Below, one piece after another: positions 1-10,194 of a DNA stretch of 64,000 nt. The position numbers and the translations under genes were made by a program. The notes beneath the pieces were generated by a model. The model worked only from the letters and a program-made list of their open reading frames with translations. It was not told the DNA's origin and made no database searches. How positions within the stretch are numbered: position 1 is the stretch's first letter; each line of letters starts with the position of its first letter. The DNA comes from Bacillota bacterium (GTDB lineage: Bacteria; Bacillota; DTU025): contig JBMNJT010000002.1 of NCBI GenBank assembly GCA_050951805.1, positions 1,472,001-1,536,000 on the forward strand, in the 5' to 3' direction.

Positions 1-62
1 GGGACCACCGCAAACGCCCGGCGGCCTCTCCCCGTTTCCCACTGGTCGATTCTCCTCATTGG

Positions 63-1571
63 CTAGATGATCCTGGCCAGAGCCCGCGCAACGAGCCTGG
101 CCGATCTGCAAGCCTCCTCTACAGTGTTATCCGTCCCTCCAATTTCCAAGATGATGGCGCCCGGATGGACGTGCTGGTTGAATCGGGCGTTCTTCACGAT
201 AGCAACTCCCCTGGAAACCCCAGGATACATCTTATCCATCTCGGCAGAAAGCTCCAACGCGAAGTGGTAGTTCTTCCTCCAATTAGGATGTGCAAGTCCT
301 GAGCTGTCGTCAGTCACGACAAACAGAACACGCGCCACCTTTTCACCGCCAACCATCGCCGTTTTCAGTTTTTCCCGGTTAGCGGGCAATGAATCACGAT
401 GGATATCTACGACCGCTCTGAGGCTAGAATACGACTTCACCAAAGACGTCATAGTCTTCAGTGACTTCGAGTAACTCAAAGTCCAGTCCGGCCAGTCGTG
501 TACTGTTGACGCGTGAATTGACGGAACCCCCAGAACCTCCGACAGCTCTTCGGCCATTGCCGCGCCTACTTTCACTACCCCATCCGGTTTTCCCCAACAG
601 TAATCCCTTCCTGACGTCGCCCGATAGGCTTCTGATGTGTGCGTATGAAGTATGGCTATCTTAGGAGATGCCCCGCGCAGCACCATATTGTCGGCAATCT
701 CCCTCGCAGCCAACTGCGGAAACTTGGACGGCTGACTCGGCACCGGTTCCCTCGTCGGAACACTATTCGCACCCTGTGAATCCGCGTCTCGCCCAGGAGA
801 CGATGTATTGCTGGAACTTTCCACAACAGGTTTGGAAACTGCGGGCACAGCTGCATTTGCAGACTCTGATGAAACTATGACTTGAACGGACGTGCCATCT
901 GGGACTTCTGTGCCTGCCTCCGGGTCGGATGAGGACGGCTGATCTCCGAAGACCAAGAGCCCAGAGCTGGTCAACGACTCCAACTCTGCGTCAGACAACT
1001 GGCCCGACACCAGGGTCGAATTGGACACGAGAGAGCCTTCGGCGCGCATCGGCGCAGAAATGTCCGGATCCTCACCGGAACCCCTTCCATATGTTGCGGA
1101 GCGCGACGGGTTGTCCGAGGTCCGCTGTGCGGCAAGGATGGAAGGAAGTTCGGCTCGGATTAGAGTACGTGGGTCCGCAAAGTCCAGCCCTCCCATCGCT
1201 CTAAGTGCTGCATTCACCAACCTCGGGCCGATCGAGCCGAACCTTTCCTCAGCGGATCGATTGGGAAGACTCCGGTCGCTACTTGGCCGAAACAGGCTCA
1301 AGAAGCTCGACACCATCTTCGAAACCTTGCTCCACAAAGAGGGTTCAGAGGTGAGCGTTTCGCCATCCCCGACAACATCCTGCCCCGGCACGCCCGAGAC
1401 AGCTGGCACAGAAACGCCATCTTTGACTGCACGCGTGCCTATTATGAGGCCAACAGCCGCAAAGCAGAGGATCACGTAGAATACGAATAGGCCGCCCAAC
1501 GGCCCAATCTTGAGACCGCCGGCCCTCCTTGATTTCCGTCTCGTTCCGCGCCCTCGCTGCAATGGGATCAC
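63..1571 (-). CDS. spoIIP: Stage II sporulation protein P (autolysin)
   Basis: N-terminal TM segment; C-terminal SpoIIP motifs ILHTHTSEAY, DIHRD, RFNQH, LEIGG; directly downstream of gpr. Confidence 0.93.
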   Translation of the reverse strand: MIPLQRGRGTRRKSRRAGGLKIGPLGGLFVFYVILCFAAVGLIIGTRAVKDGVSVPAVSGVPGQDVVGDGETLTSEPSLWSKVSKMVSSFLSLFRPSSDRSLPNRSAEERFGSIGPRLVNAALRAMGGLDFADPRTLIRAELPSILAAQRTSDNPSRSATYGRGSGEDPDISAPMRAEGSLVSNSTLVSGQLSDAELESLTSSGLLVFGDQPSSSDPEAGTEVPDGTSVQVIVSSESANAAVPAVSKPVVESSSNTSSPGRDADSQGANSVPTREPVPSQPSKFPQLAAREIADNMVLRGASPKIAILHTHTSEAYRATSGRDYCWGKPDGVVKVGAAMAEELSEVLGVPSIHASTVHDWPDWTLSYSKSLKTMTSLVKSYSSLRAVVDIHRDSLPANREKLKTAMVGGEKVARVLFVVTDDSSGLAHPNWRKNYHFALELSAEMDKMYPGVSRGVAIVKNARFNQHVHPGAIILEIGGTDNTVEEACRSARLVARALARII

Positions 1572-1619
1572 CTCTTTATGCAGCTGTATGCGCCTGGCCC
1601 ATCAGGTATTCATACCCCC

Positions 1620-2705
1620 TCATTGCAGGTATAGGTATATCTCGTCCTCATCTATCGCAGGATGGAGCGCGTAGTTAATCCCTCCAGCCACCACGTGAGA
1701 GAGTTCCTTGACGAGCACGTCCACCTCCTTGGGAGTAACTATGAGCGTCCCGAAATATGGTTGGAGCATCTGCGCCACCGCAGGAGGCAGACCCGGCTGC
1801 CCCACCCCCAATTCTGACAGAGGACCTGCCGCAGGCCTCCCGACGCCGGGCTGTTGCGAGCTACCGACGATTTCGAGGGCATCCGAGATTATCGTGAGCG
1901 CGTGCACCACAGTTGGAACCCCCACAGCAATTACAGGAATCCCCATGCTCTCACGGTTAATCCCAAACCTCCTATTTCCTACACCAGACCCCGGCTGGAT
2001 TCCGGCGTCGGAAATCTGAATCGTAGTTCCAAGTCTAGACACGCTGCGCGCGGCCAGGGCATCCACGACAATGATCAGGTGTGGTCTAACCCGTGCCACA
2101 ACGCCCGCGATTATCTCGGCCGTCTCGACTCCGGTCAAGCCCAGAACTCCCGGGGATAACGCAGCCACTGACTTGAGCCCCCCTCGTTTTTCCGGCGGAG
2201 TAAGGGAATATACGTGGCGAGTGACTAAAACCTCGCCTGCCACCATCGGGCCAACAGCATCAGGGGTCGCGTTCCAATTGCCTAACCCGCATACGAGAGT
2301 CGTGAAATCGGGGACCGTCCAAAAATCCACATTGTTAAAATTGGCCCTGATCAAGGAGACCAACTCCCGGGCGAGCGCCTCCGACACGTCCTCCTGCAAT
2401 CCCTTGTCACGCAGGGGGAGCTCAGGGGCGTCAATAGTCACGTAATTCCCCACTGCCTTTCCGAGAGACCGCGCAGCTTGCTCCGTTTGGACTCTCACTC
2501 GCGTTATTGACCCAAAGTCCATCTCCTCAACTTGGGAACTGACTCCGGGCACCTGGGCCCGGCTCGCCCTTTGTACTAGTTCGTTGGCCTCAACAGCCAG
2601 GTCCGTCAAGTAGCCGCCACCGCTCAGCCCCGTGTCGCATTCTGAAAGATGTTGGAGCTTTTTGGACGGACGCCATTTTGCGCCGAAATTTCGGTCAAAC
2701 CCCAA
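1620..2705 (-). CDS. gpr: Germination protease (GPR endopeptidase)
   Basis: TDLAVE, GLGNWNATPDAVGP, DALAAR, GSGVGN and VTPKEVD motifs; RBS GAGGAGGTG before TTG; rpsT-gpr-spoIIP synteny. Confidence 0.95.
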   Translation of the reverse strand: MGFDRNFGAKWRPSKKLQHLSECDTGLSGGGYLTDLAVEANELVQRASRAQVPGVSSQVEEMDFGSITRVRVQTEQAARSLGKAVGNYVTIDAPELPLRDKGLQEDVSEALARELVSLIRANFNNVDFWTVPDFTTLVCGLGNWNATPDAVGPMVAGEVLVTRHVYSLTPPEKRGGLKSVAALSPGVLGLTGVETAEIIAGVVARVRPHLIIVVDALAARSVSRLGTTIQISDAGIQPGSGVGNRRFGINRESMGIPVIAVGVPTVVHALTIISDALEIVGSSQQPGVGRPAAGPLSELGVGQPGLPPAVAQMLQPYFGTLIVTPKEVDVLVKELSHVVAGGINYALHPAIDEDEIYLYLQ

Positions 2706-3227
2706 TCCTAATGCACCTCCTCGGGATGCGCAGTCTGTATCTGCACATGCCTAGTCTTTCCCACTCGGAGGCCCGTTCATCAATGTCTGCTGGCATCTTC
2801 CCCAAGATCCTTCAACGACCGAAACCTCTCCCGACCGGGCTGGAGTGCCATTGCCGGACTCAGCCTATAATCAAGGCCTCCGGAAACGACGTCCGGCTCA
2901 ATTCGTCGATTTCAGTATTGAGGTGCTAACATGGCCACAGGGTACCCTCGCTGTCGAATTGTCAGACGTCGCAAATATCAATTCTTCCCGCCAAGACAAC
3001 ACATTTCGGATGAAAGCTCCATTTGGAACGACGGCTCCTTATCAACGAAGGACTCATCTTAAATCAGCCACCATATACTAACCTCCAGAAACGCTCTGGA
3101 ATTGGTCTTCCACGGGCAGACTCGCTTGAAGCCAGATAACAGCATATTTCACGTCTCCGCAAGAATGCCATTCTCAACAGCCGATTCCGTCACAACTTGC
3201 CCTTATTCCCCTCTCATCTGGATTTAC

Positions 3228-3256
3228 TTGCAATGACAGAACGCCCGTGGTAGAAT
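3228..3256 (+). promoter_or_regulatory. Sigma-A promoter of rpsT
   Basis: TTGCAA-17nt-TAGAAT with extended -10 TG. Confidence 0.65.
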
Positions 3257-3298
3257 CATAGGCGTGCGATCAGATGGCGGAGGGGGAGGTGACTGAGA

Positions 3299-3583
3299 GT
3301 GCCAAACACCAGATCTGCAAAGAAGCGGGTTAGACAGGCTAGGACGAGAACGCTGAGGAATACGTCGGTCAAGTCCTCCGTCAAGACAGCTGTTCGCAAG
3401 TGCCACGAAGCCATGGACGAATTGGGACCTGAGGCCTGTGCCAAGGAGCTTAATCACGCGTACAGCACGATTGACCGCGCCGCCAAGAAGGGCGTAATCC
3501 ACCCTAACAAGGCAGCGCGTCTGAAATCAAGCCTTGCCACAAAGGCAGTCAACATGGGAAAAGCGCCTGAAGCCGGCAGGTAG
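3299..3583 (+). CDS. rpsT: 30S ribosomal protein S20
   Basis: MPNTRSAKKR...IDRAAKKGVIHPNKAARLKS; RBS GGAGGT. Confidence 0.97.
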   Translation: MPNTRSAKKRVRQARTRTLRNTSVKSSVKTAVRKCHEAMDELGPEACAKELNHAYSTIDRAAKKGVIHPNKAARLKSSLATKAVNMGKAPEAGR

Positions 3584-3678
3584 TTTCGCATACAAAACGA
3601 TAGCGCAGAACCTGCGCCACCCGCGTCGTCCGGCTATTCAGTTTGCAGCTCCAGTAACAATCGTTGCTGGAGTTTTTG

Positions 3679-4728
3679 CTATGCGCAGATTTCTGCGATC
3701 AACACTTCCATGAGCAGCCTGTCAGGCATAGTCCCGGTCTTGAAATCGAGATCTGCTCGGGCGATGCGCGATATCATCCTGGCGATGTCTGCCTGTGAGA
3801 GCTTTGCTGCTTGTCCAACGGCCTTGCGCGCTGCCCAATCAGCTTTTCCGGGGCTTCTCGAAATCGCCCGCGCCGCCTCGTCACCGGTCAAACCACGGTC
3901 GAGCTCGCATCTGGCGGACATCACACGCCGAACCTGAGTGGCCAGAGTATTCAATATGCTCAGAGGATGCCTCTCCGTGCTCATCAGATCATCCAGAGCG
4001 CGCATCGCCCCCGAACAGTCTCCGCCGATCACCGCATCACAGAACTCGAAAACCGTCTGCGTAGGACTTCTTCCCACGGCAGTCCTTATGTCATCCACGG
4101 TAATGCGCATTCTTCCCACGCTTTTATCCGGCCCTAGGTATGTGATGAGCTTATCCATCTCCTGCGTGATGGCGCCGTAGTCGGCGCCCACAAACTCAAG
4201 AAGGAGCTCCACAGCTTCAGGCTCGATTTCCACGCCAAGCTCCTTCGCACGAGAATACACATACGATCTGGCATCCTTCAGATAAGCTGGCCTAAACTCC
4301 ACTGCAACAAGATTGCCTCCAGCTGCAGCTACCGCCTTCCGCGGCAAGCTGGTGGAATTCGACGTGAAGATCACACATGTGCCTTCAGGCATTTGAAGGC
4401 TCGCGCGATCCTTGCCAGGAGCGATAAGGGATATTATCCTGCCCTGCTGGGCCGCGGAAATCTCTTCGAATCTGCGGACCACCACTACTCTGGATGACGC
4501 AAACATTGGAACAGTGAGTATGGCTGTGACGATGTCATCCACAGATGACTCCGACATATCGTAGACGTTGAGATCTGCGCCTCCCCGGGCAGCCGCAATA
4601 GCTTGCGCGAGCTCATCTGCATTGACCTGCCGGGAGTATGAGTCTTCACCGTATAATATGTATATGGGCGCAATTCGCCCAGCCCTGATCGCCTGCTCAA
4701 GATCTGCTCTCAATGATATCCCCCTCAT
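3679..4728 (-). CDS. holA: DNA polymerase III delta subunit
   Basis: PIYILYGED, PMFASSRVVVV, EMDKL and DLDFKTG motifs; position next to rpsT. Confidence 0.92.
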   Translation of the reverse strand: MRGISLRADLEQAIRAGRIAPIYILYGEDSYSRQVNADELAQAIAAARGGADLNVYDMSESSVDDIVTAILTVPMFASSRVVVVRRFEEISAAQQGRIISLIAPGKDRASLQMPEGTCVIFTSNSTSLPRKAVAAAGGNLVAVEFRPAYLKDARSYVYSRAKELGVEIEPEAVELLLEFVGADYGAITQEMDKLITYLGPDKSVGRMRITVDDIRTAVGRSPTQTVFEFCDAVIGGDCSGAMRALDDLMSTERHPLSILNTLATQVRRVMSARCELDRGLTGDEAARAISRSPGKADWAARKAVGQAAKLSQADIARMISRIARADLDFKTGTMPDRLLMEVLIAEICA

Positions 4729-4783
4729 ACTCCTTGCAAATCGCCCAGTCGAAACCGGAATCTGATCCGTCCCCGCCGCCTTG

Positions 4784-5617
4784 CTAACCCTTTAAGCCTG
4801 TGCGCGCTATCCCCTCGATCAGCTGGTTCTGGGCTATGAAAAAGATTATCACCAATGGCACTATGGCAATCGTAGAGGCGGCCATGAGCAAGTTGGGAAC
4901 AGTTCCAAACTCCTGGTTGAACTGAGAAAGCCCAACCTGTATCGTTCGATATGTCGAAGAATTGGTGACAATCAGAGGCCACAGAAACGAATTCCACCCG
5001 CCGATAAACGTAAACAGCCCGTTTGTTACAAATACTGGCTTCGACAGGGGAACTATCACCCGCCACAGATACTCGAATCGGCTGCAACCGTCGATTTGGG
5101 CAGCATCCCACAACTCCATAGGGATGGTCTGAAAGAATTGCCTCATCATGAATATCCCAAAAGCGCTCGCAGCGAACGGGACAATAAGGGCTTTGTATGT
5201 GTCGATCCAGCCCGCCTTGGCTATTATCGCGTAGTTCGGAACCAACGTTACCTGGCTCGGGATCATCATTGTGCCGAGTAGAATCATGAACACAGTTTCC
5301 TTGCCTGCAAAATCGATCATTGCAAATGCATAAGCCGCAAGAGCCGACGTGACTAGCTGCAAAGCTGTTGTAATAGTGGCAATGAACGCGGAGTTGAAGA
5401 AATACCGCGGAAAATTGGGATCAGCATTCCATGCTTCAGAGTAATTGCTCCATACAAACCTCTTGGGAAACCAGACAAGCTCAGGCGTATACAACTCCTC
5501 CGGACCCTTCACCGAAGTTATCAGCATGTAGTAGAAGGGGAGAAGCATTATCACCGCTCCCACAGTCAGGAGGATATATACGATCGACATTCCAACAGTT
5601 TTTCTACGTTTCGACAA
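4784..5617 (-). CDS. Carbohydrate ABC transporter permease (MalG/UgpE type)
   Basis: EAA-type loop ELWDAAQIDGCS and WNSFLWP; start placed at the TTG with RBS GGGGAG. Confidence 0.9.
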   Translation of the reverse strand: MSKRRKTVGMSIVYILLTVGAVIMLLPFYYMLITSVKGPEELYTPELVWFPKRFVWSNYSEAWNADPNFPRYFFNSAFIATITTALQLVTSALAAYAFAMIDFAGKETVFMILLGTMMIPSQVTLVPNYAIIAKAGWIDTYKALIVPFAASAFGIFMMRQFFQTIPMELWDAAQIDGCSRFEYLWRVIVPLSKPVFVTNGLFTFIGGWNSFLWPLIVTNSSTYRTIQVGLSQFNQEFGTVPNLLMAASTIAIVPLVIIFFIAQNQLIEGIARTGLKG

Positions 5618-5633
5618 ACTAATCTCCCCCCGA

Positions 5634-6536
5634 CTATTGGTAGTGCACGCGCTTGCCCACAAGATCTTTTTGGACAAGCGTCAACACAAAGATGATAGCG
5701 AAAAGAATGTACCCGATCGCCGATGCATACCCAAACCTAAAAGCCCCCCAACCCTGGTCGTAAAGGTATTTGACGACGACCCGAGTTGTTCCGAGCGGTC
5801 CGCCCGATACAGATGGCCATAACACATAGACTTGGGTAAAGACTTGGAACGATCCGATTATCGACACCATCAATATGAAGTAGGTAGTAGGCGACAGCAA
5901 CGGCCACGTTATGTGGGCAAACATCGACCAGCCACTTGCTCCATCTATTTCCGCCGCTTCGTAGTACTCCGCAGGTATGTTCTGCAAACCGGCCAGGAAA
6001 AGCACGACGTTATAACCCAAGTGCCTCCAGACGCTCATGAGGCATAGAGCGAACATCGACCATTTGGGATCGAGCAACCAGGCCTGGGGTTCTGCCCCAA
6101 AAAGGCACAGCAAGGAGTTGAGCATCCCCGCAGAGTCTTCCTTATATATCCACGTCCACACAATCGAGATCGCCACAATAGGAGTGACATAGGGCAGGAA
6201 GTAAGCGGTCCTGTACGCGGACAATCCGCGTATGGGCTTGTTGAGCAACCATGCAATGAGCAGCGCCAACGCCATACCCACAGGGACGGTTCCAAGCACG
6301 TATTTCCCGGTGTTCACCAGGGATTGCAGAAAATCAGCATCACGGAAAAGCTCCGAATAGTTACCAAGCCCCACCCAATCCCATCTGCCTATGAGATTGG
6401 TGTCGAACAAGCTTATGTAGAGAGCGTAGAACGCAGGGAACAAGTTAAATACGATGATCACTATCAACGCCGGGGCAAGATACATGTATGCTGCGACAGT
6501 ATCTTTGACATATCTCTTCCTCTCCAATGAATTCAT
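5634..6536 (-). CDS. Carbohydrate ABC transporter permease (MalF/UgpA type)
   Basis: YYEAAEIDGA and ITWPLLSPT motifs; ATG overlaps the upstream stop codon (TAATG). Confidence 0.9.
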   Translation of the reverse strand: MNSLERKRYVKDTVAAYMYLAPALIVIIVFNLFPAFYALYISLFDTNLIGRWDWVGLGNYSELFRDADFLQSLVNTGKYVLGTVPVGMALALLIAWLLNKPIRGLSAYRTAYFLPYVTPIVAISIVWTWIYKEDSAGMLNSLLCLFGAEPQAWLLDPKWSMFALCLMSVWRHLGYNVVLFLAGLQNIPAEYYEAAEIDGASGWSMFAHITWPLLSPTTYFILMVSIIGSFQVFTQVYVLWPSVSGGPLGTTRVVVKYLYDQGWGAFRFGYASAIGYILFAIIFVLTLVQKDLVGKRVHYQ

Positions 6537-8677
6537 TACCTGTTCCACTCTCCTCCGGCAAGCCAAGATATTATCGACAACACAAACGCACCATTTCCGC
6601 AACGTTCCCGGGCGAGATCGCGCGACGAATAGACGGGCGCCCCCAGGCAGACCAGACGGCCTGACCCCACAGTTTCGGCAGCCGCGAAAACAGGCGACCC
6701 GGCGTATTGAAACAGCCTTCCCTCGCCGGAGACATCTGCCGACCAAGCGCCCGGCGCATGCGCCAACACCACTACTTGGGGCACCTCACTAAGATCGATC
6801 CAGCCAGGGCCCGCCAGCGAGCACGCTTCATCGGCATATACAGCACGCTCCAGCCCCCATTCCACATCCAAGACAGACAGATCATCCCGCCTCATCTCGT
6901 CCCTGTTGAATCTGATGGCCGATCCCATTTTCTCCAGCAACAGATCAAACTGATCACAACTGCGCAAGCCGGGGAAATCGGACCCGCCTGCCAGAAGCAG
7001 AGACCCGCCCGCCGCAACAAAACTGGAAATTACATCGAGCTCTTCATCATCAAAAGACGTGGGTGTCAGGGAAAACCCGGTTTCCGGCACGTTTATTACG
7101 AGTATGTCTGCACCATCTAGAGTCTGGGCGTCGATGCGTCCTTCATTTATCCGCGGATTATAATCGGCTTCGCCCAGGAGTCTGGCAAATGCATCCATAT
7201 ATCCCGAGCAGCGATTGTTATGCCCTTCATCTATTAACACGCTCTTGATGTCTGAACTCCTCACTCTGGCAGATTTGCCACAGTGAATATCGCGTGCCCC
7301 TTCGCCGCAGGCAACAAGCTCCAGAACGAAACTGACATCCCCCGCCTTGCTCGGCGTCCATTCAAAAGATACAGGCATGCCGCGTCCTGCGGGAAGGTCC
7401 ACTTGGGCAGAGGAGATGAACGTGGGCGCTCCCTCCCGCATCTCATACAAAAGCACAGTGGCGCCGTGTATTGGGACATCGTTTCTGTTCACGATCTCCG
7501 CACACACTCGCGCGGGATTCCCCTCTCTCGGTGCAAGATCAACGCAGCCCAGATCAGACACGGCAATCTGTGAACCGGTTGAAACCCAGATAGGGCTGGT
7601 GACAATCACATCCATGTCCGCCTGGACCGCCCTCACATAATACCAGTTATAGCTTTGAGCCGGCATTATCTCCACATCTGCTCTGAAAACCCCGGTCCCA
7701 CACACTTCGCGCTCCCACACCACGACGCCACCGTTTGTGATTATCTCCACCGATGACAACATGTCATCTTCATCGGGATCATCTATGACGATTTCGAAAT
7801 ACACAGGGCGCCCCGAATCTATGTCGTCCCGCGAGATGATTATATCGCTTCCCATCTGGCAGTCGCCTGAGGTGAAGGATACGCGAACATTCGAGTCCTC
7901 CGTGGCATAAGTTCTCATGCTTCGAAGCGACTCGTATATGGCCTCCCGGGTCAACTCGGAGGCCAAGACCGCTGTACGAGTGGGAGCCGCTGTCCCCCAG
8001 TCCGCCTTGTGATTATCTTGGCACGATATGGCTCCAACATGCCATCCTCGATCAAGAGCTCGACAGTATGCCCGTTCGTTCCGGATGTTGTGTCGGTACG
8101 GGCCTGAACCAACTTCCAGGAGACAGACGAAACGATCGCCTTCACCGAGGTATTCGAAATCGTTCCAGTTCGGTTGGATATCGTAGTTTGGATGATTGAA
8201 AACTCCGATTCCATTGTAATGGGCAAGAAAGTCGATGAAAGCGGCCAGATTCCGCTGCGTATCGCGGGACGCAGCGAGAGGAGTATCCAGCCCGTTCATA
8301 TGCCCATCCGTGAATGTCCATTCGAATCCGATCATGGAAACGAATACGCCGGGCTGATAAACCTCATCCGCTTCCTCCAAGCTTTTGAACCAATGATGGA
8401 TATTCGTGGCTTCCTGCAGATAGTAGCCGTGATCAGTAACTGCTAAGAAATCCATCATCGCAACATCCCTCGCATGCCGAAATGCGTCCGACGGCGTGAG
8501 AACCCCGTCGGAATAGGATGTATGAGAGTGTAGGTTGCCAAAATAGCAGTTAAGCTCGACAACAGGCTCCGCCCCCAAGCAGACGCAACCTGCCATTACC
8601 GAAAAGAGCGTCGCCCAGACCAACACCAGTCTACGCCTACTAATAGGCTGCTTGTGCATGATAGACACCGCTTTCAC
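6536..8677 (-). CDS. Secreted PHP-family (CehA/McbA-like) metallohydrolase with Ig/CARDB-like and C-terminal DUF4350-like domains
   Basis: Signal peptide; GNLHSHTSYSDG, AVTDH, GHMN, NHP and DNH motifs; VLIDEGHNN in the C-terminal domain. Confidence 0.75.
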   Translation of the reverse strand: MKAVSIMHKQPISRRRLVLVWATLFSVMAGCVCLGAEPVVELNCYFGNLHSHTSYSDGVLTPSDAFRHARDVAMMDFLAVTDHGYYLQEATNIHHWFKSLEEADEVYQPGVFVSMIGFEWTFTDGHMNGLDTPLAASRDTQRNLAAFIDFLAHYNGIGVFNHPNYDIQPNWNDFEYLGEGDRFVCLLEVGSGPYRHNIRNERAYCRALDRGWHVGAISCQDNHKADWGTAAPTRTAVLASELTREAIYESLRSMRTYATEDSNVRVSFTSGDCQMGSDIIISRDDIDSGRPVYFEIVIDDPDEDDMLSSVEIITNGGVVVWEREVCGTGVFRADVEIMPAQSYNWYYVRAVQADMDVIVTSPIWVSTGSQIAVSDLGCVDLAPREGNPARVCAEIVNRNDVPIHGATVLLYEMREGAPTFISSAQVDLPAGRGMPVSFEWTPSKAGDVSFVLELVACGEGARDIHCGKSARVRSSDIKSVLIDEGHNNRCSGYMDAFARLLGEADYNPRINEGRIDAQTLDGADILVINVPETGFSLTPTSFDDEELDVISSFVAAGGSLLLAGGSDFPGLRSCDQFDLLLEKMGSAIRFNRDEMRRDDLSVLDVEWGLERAVYADEACSLAGPGWIDLSEVPQVVVLAHAPGAWSADVSGEGRLFQYAGSPVFAAAETVGSGRLVCLGAPVYSSRDLARERCGNGAFVLSIISWLAGGEWNR

Positions 8678-8819
8678 AAGATTTGAAGCCCGGGGCGCAC
8701 AGGCATTGCGCCCGACGCCCCAGGCATCCGTAGACCCTATTGCGAAGGGACAACCTTGTCCGAGTCGCTGACGATCACAGAATACTCAAATCCATTGCGT
8801 CCCGGCTGCAGCGCCCGGG

Positions 8820-10085
8820 CTACCTGATTCTTGAGTTCGCCTTCGCTGCCGCGGCATCAAGAGCTTCCTTGGGTGTAGCCTTTCCCAGGAAAACCTTTTC
8901 AACCGCTTCTGACACATCGCCCCTTATGTTGTTCCATGCAGCCATGTTCGGGTCGTATTTGACGTAACGCAGCTGCTGCAAACTCTGCTCATCCCTTGGA
9001 TGCACCGCAAACCACTTTTTCATCATGTCAAGATGCATTGCAGACTTGCGGACAGGAATATAGCTGGTGCCTATTGCCCATTTTGCGGTCTGTCTGGGCT
9101 CGACAAGCCACTTGATGAATTTCCACGCAGCCTCCTGCTCCTCAGGAGTGGCTCTTGAGAAGATTGCAAGGTCGGTGCCTGCAACAGGCGTGGATCTGAA
9201 CTTAGGGTCCATGTACGGCAAAGGTGCCGCGCTCCATTCAAACTTGCCAGCAACAGAGTTCTCAGTATAGCTGAGCCCTGGTGACGTCGTGAAATACATG
9301 GCTACCTTGCCTGCTCCGAAGTCGGCATCGAGATAGCCAGGGACATAGTATGACACTTTGTACTTATTGAGCATGTCAGCCATGAACTGAAGGGCTGTGA
9401 CGCCGGCGGGCGAATTGAAAGCTACCTTCCCCTGCGGATTGAGCCATGACCCCCCTGCGTTAAAGAAGAAACAGGCGAATATGTCGATGTTTGGCCTGAG
9501 ACCAAAGCCGTACCTGACAATCTTGTCGCCATCCTTCACCGTGAGCGCCTTGGCGGTGTTAACGAGTTCTTGCCAATTTTTCGGCGGACCGGAAATCCCG
9601 GCCTCCTTCAGAGCGGTCTGATTGTAGACGAGCACATACACGCTCTTATTAAAGGGCATCGTATACCAAACCCCGTCAAACATGCAGCCCTCTCTGAGGC
9701 CATCCCATATATCATCCACTTCTAGCTGGGAAAGGCCATTGGGACCTTTGACAAACTTCTGAATCGGAACGAGTTCGTTGCCGCTTATGTACTCAGCTGC
9801 CCAGTTTCCGTATACTTGCGCCATAGTAGGAGGCTTCCGCGCCACCAGGGCACCGACGATCTTCTGGCTGAGCGCGCCGTAGTTTCCTTGATACTCAGCC
9901 TTCACGTAAACATCAGGACTCTGCCTGTTGAACTCCTCGACAAGTCCTTCCAGGGTCTTGCCTAGCTGCGCCCCCATAGCATGCCAGAAAGTAATCGTCG
10001 TCTTCCCGGCCGCCATTGAAGGACCGACAGCCGTAGTAGCAAGGATAATCGCAGCCATCAGCGCAATAGTCGCAAACCTCTTCAA
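8820..10085 (-). CDS. ABC transporter substrate-binding protein (family 1, UgpB-like)
   Basis: Signal peptide; ITFWHAM, MPFNKS and AAWKFIKWL motifs. Confidence 0.9.
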   Translation of the reverse strand: MKRFATIALMAAIILATTAVGPSMAAGKTTITFWHAMGAQLGKTLEGLVEEFNRQSPDVYVKAEYQGNYGALSQKIVGALVARKPPTMAQVYGNWAAEYISGNELVPIQKFVKGPNGLSQLEVDDIWDGLREGCMFDGVWYTMPFNKSVYVLVYNQTALKEAGISGPPKNWQELVNTAKALTVKDGDKIVRYGFGLRPNIDIFACFFFNAGGSWLNPQGKVAFNSPAGVTALQFMADMLNKYKVSYYVPGYLDADFGAGKVAMYFTTSPGLSYTENSVAGKFEWSAAPLPYMDPKFRSTPVAGTDLAIFSRATPEEQEAAWKFIKWLVEPRQTAKWAIGTSYIPVRKSAMHLDMMKKWFAVHPRDEQSLQQLRYVKYDPNMAAWNNIRGDVSEAVEKVFLGKATPKEALDAAAAKANSRIR

Positions 10086-10157
10086 TGCCTACTCCCCGTA
10101 CTGCTTCAGCAATCGGGGAACGACCCCCCTCTCTAGTTTTGACCTTGCACACCTAGT

Positions 10158-10184
10158 TTTCGACGAAGAGGTCTCTACTCCTGC
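10158..10184 (-). promoter_or_regulatory. SigH-type promoter upstream of the ABC operon
   Basis: GCAGGAGTA-11nt-GTCGAAA, compared with the SigH consensus RNAGGAWWW-N11/12-RNNGAAT. Confidence 0.5.
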
Positions 10185-10194
10185 TGATTTAAGT

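Noticed and set aside
2720-3220. ~500-nt intergenic stretch between gpr and rpsT as an ncRNA or mobile remnant
   Set aside because: No motif, repeat or convincing ORF that I could support
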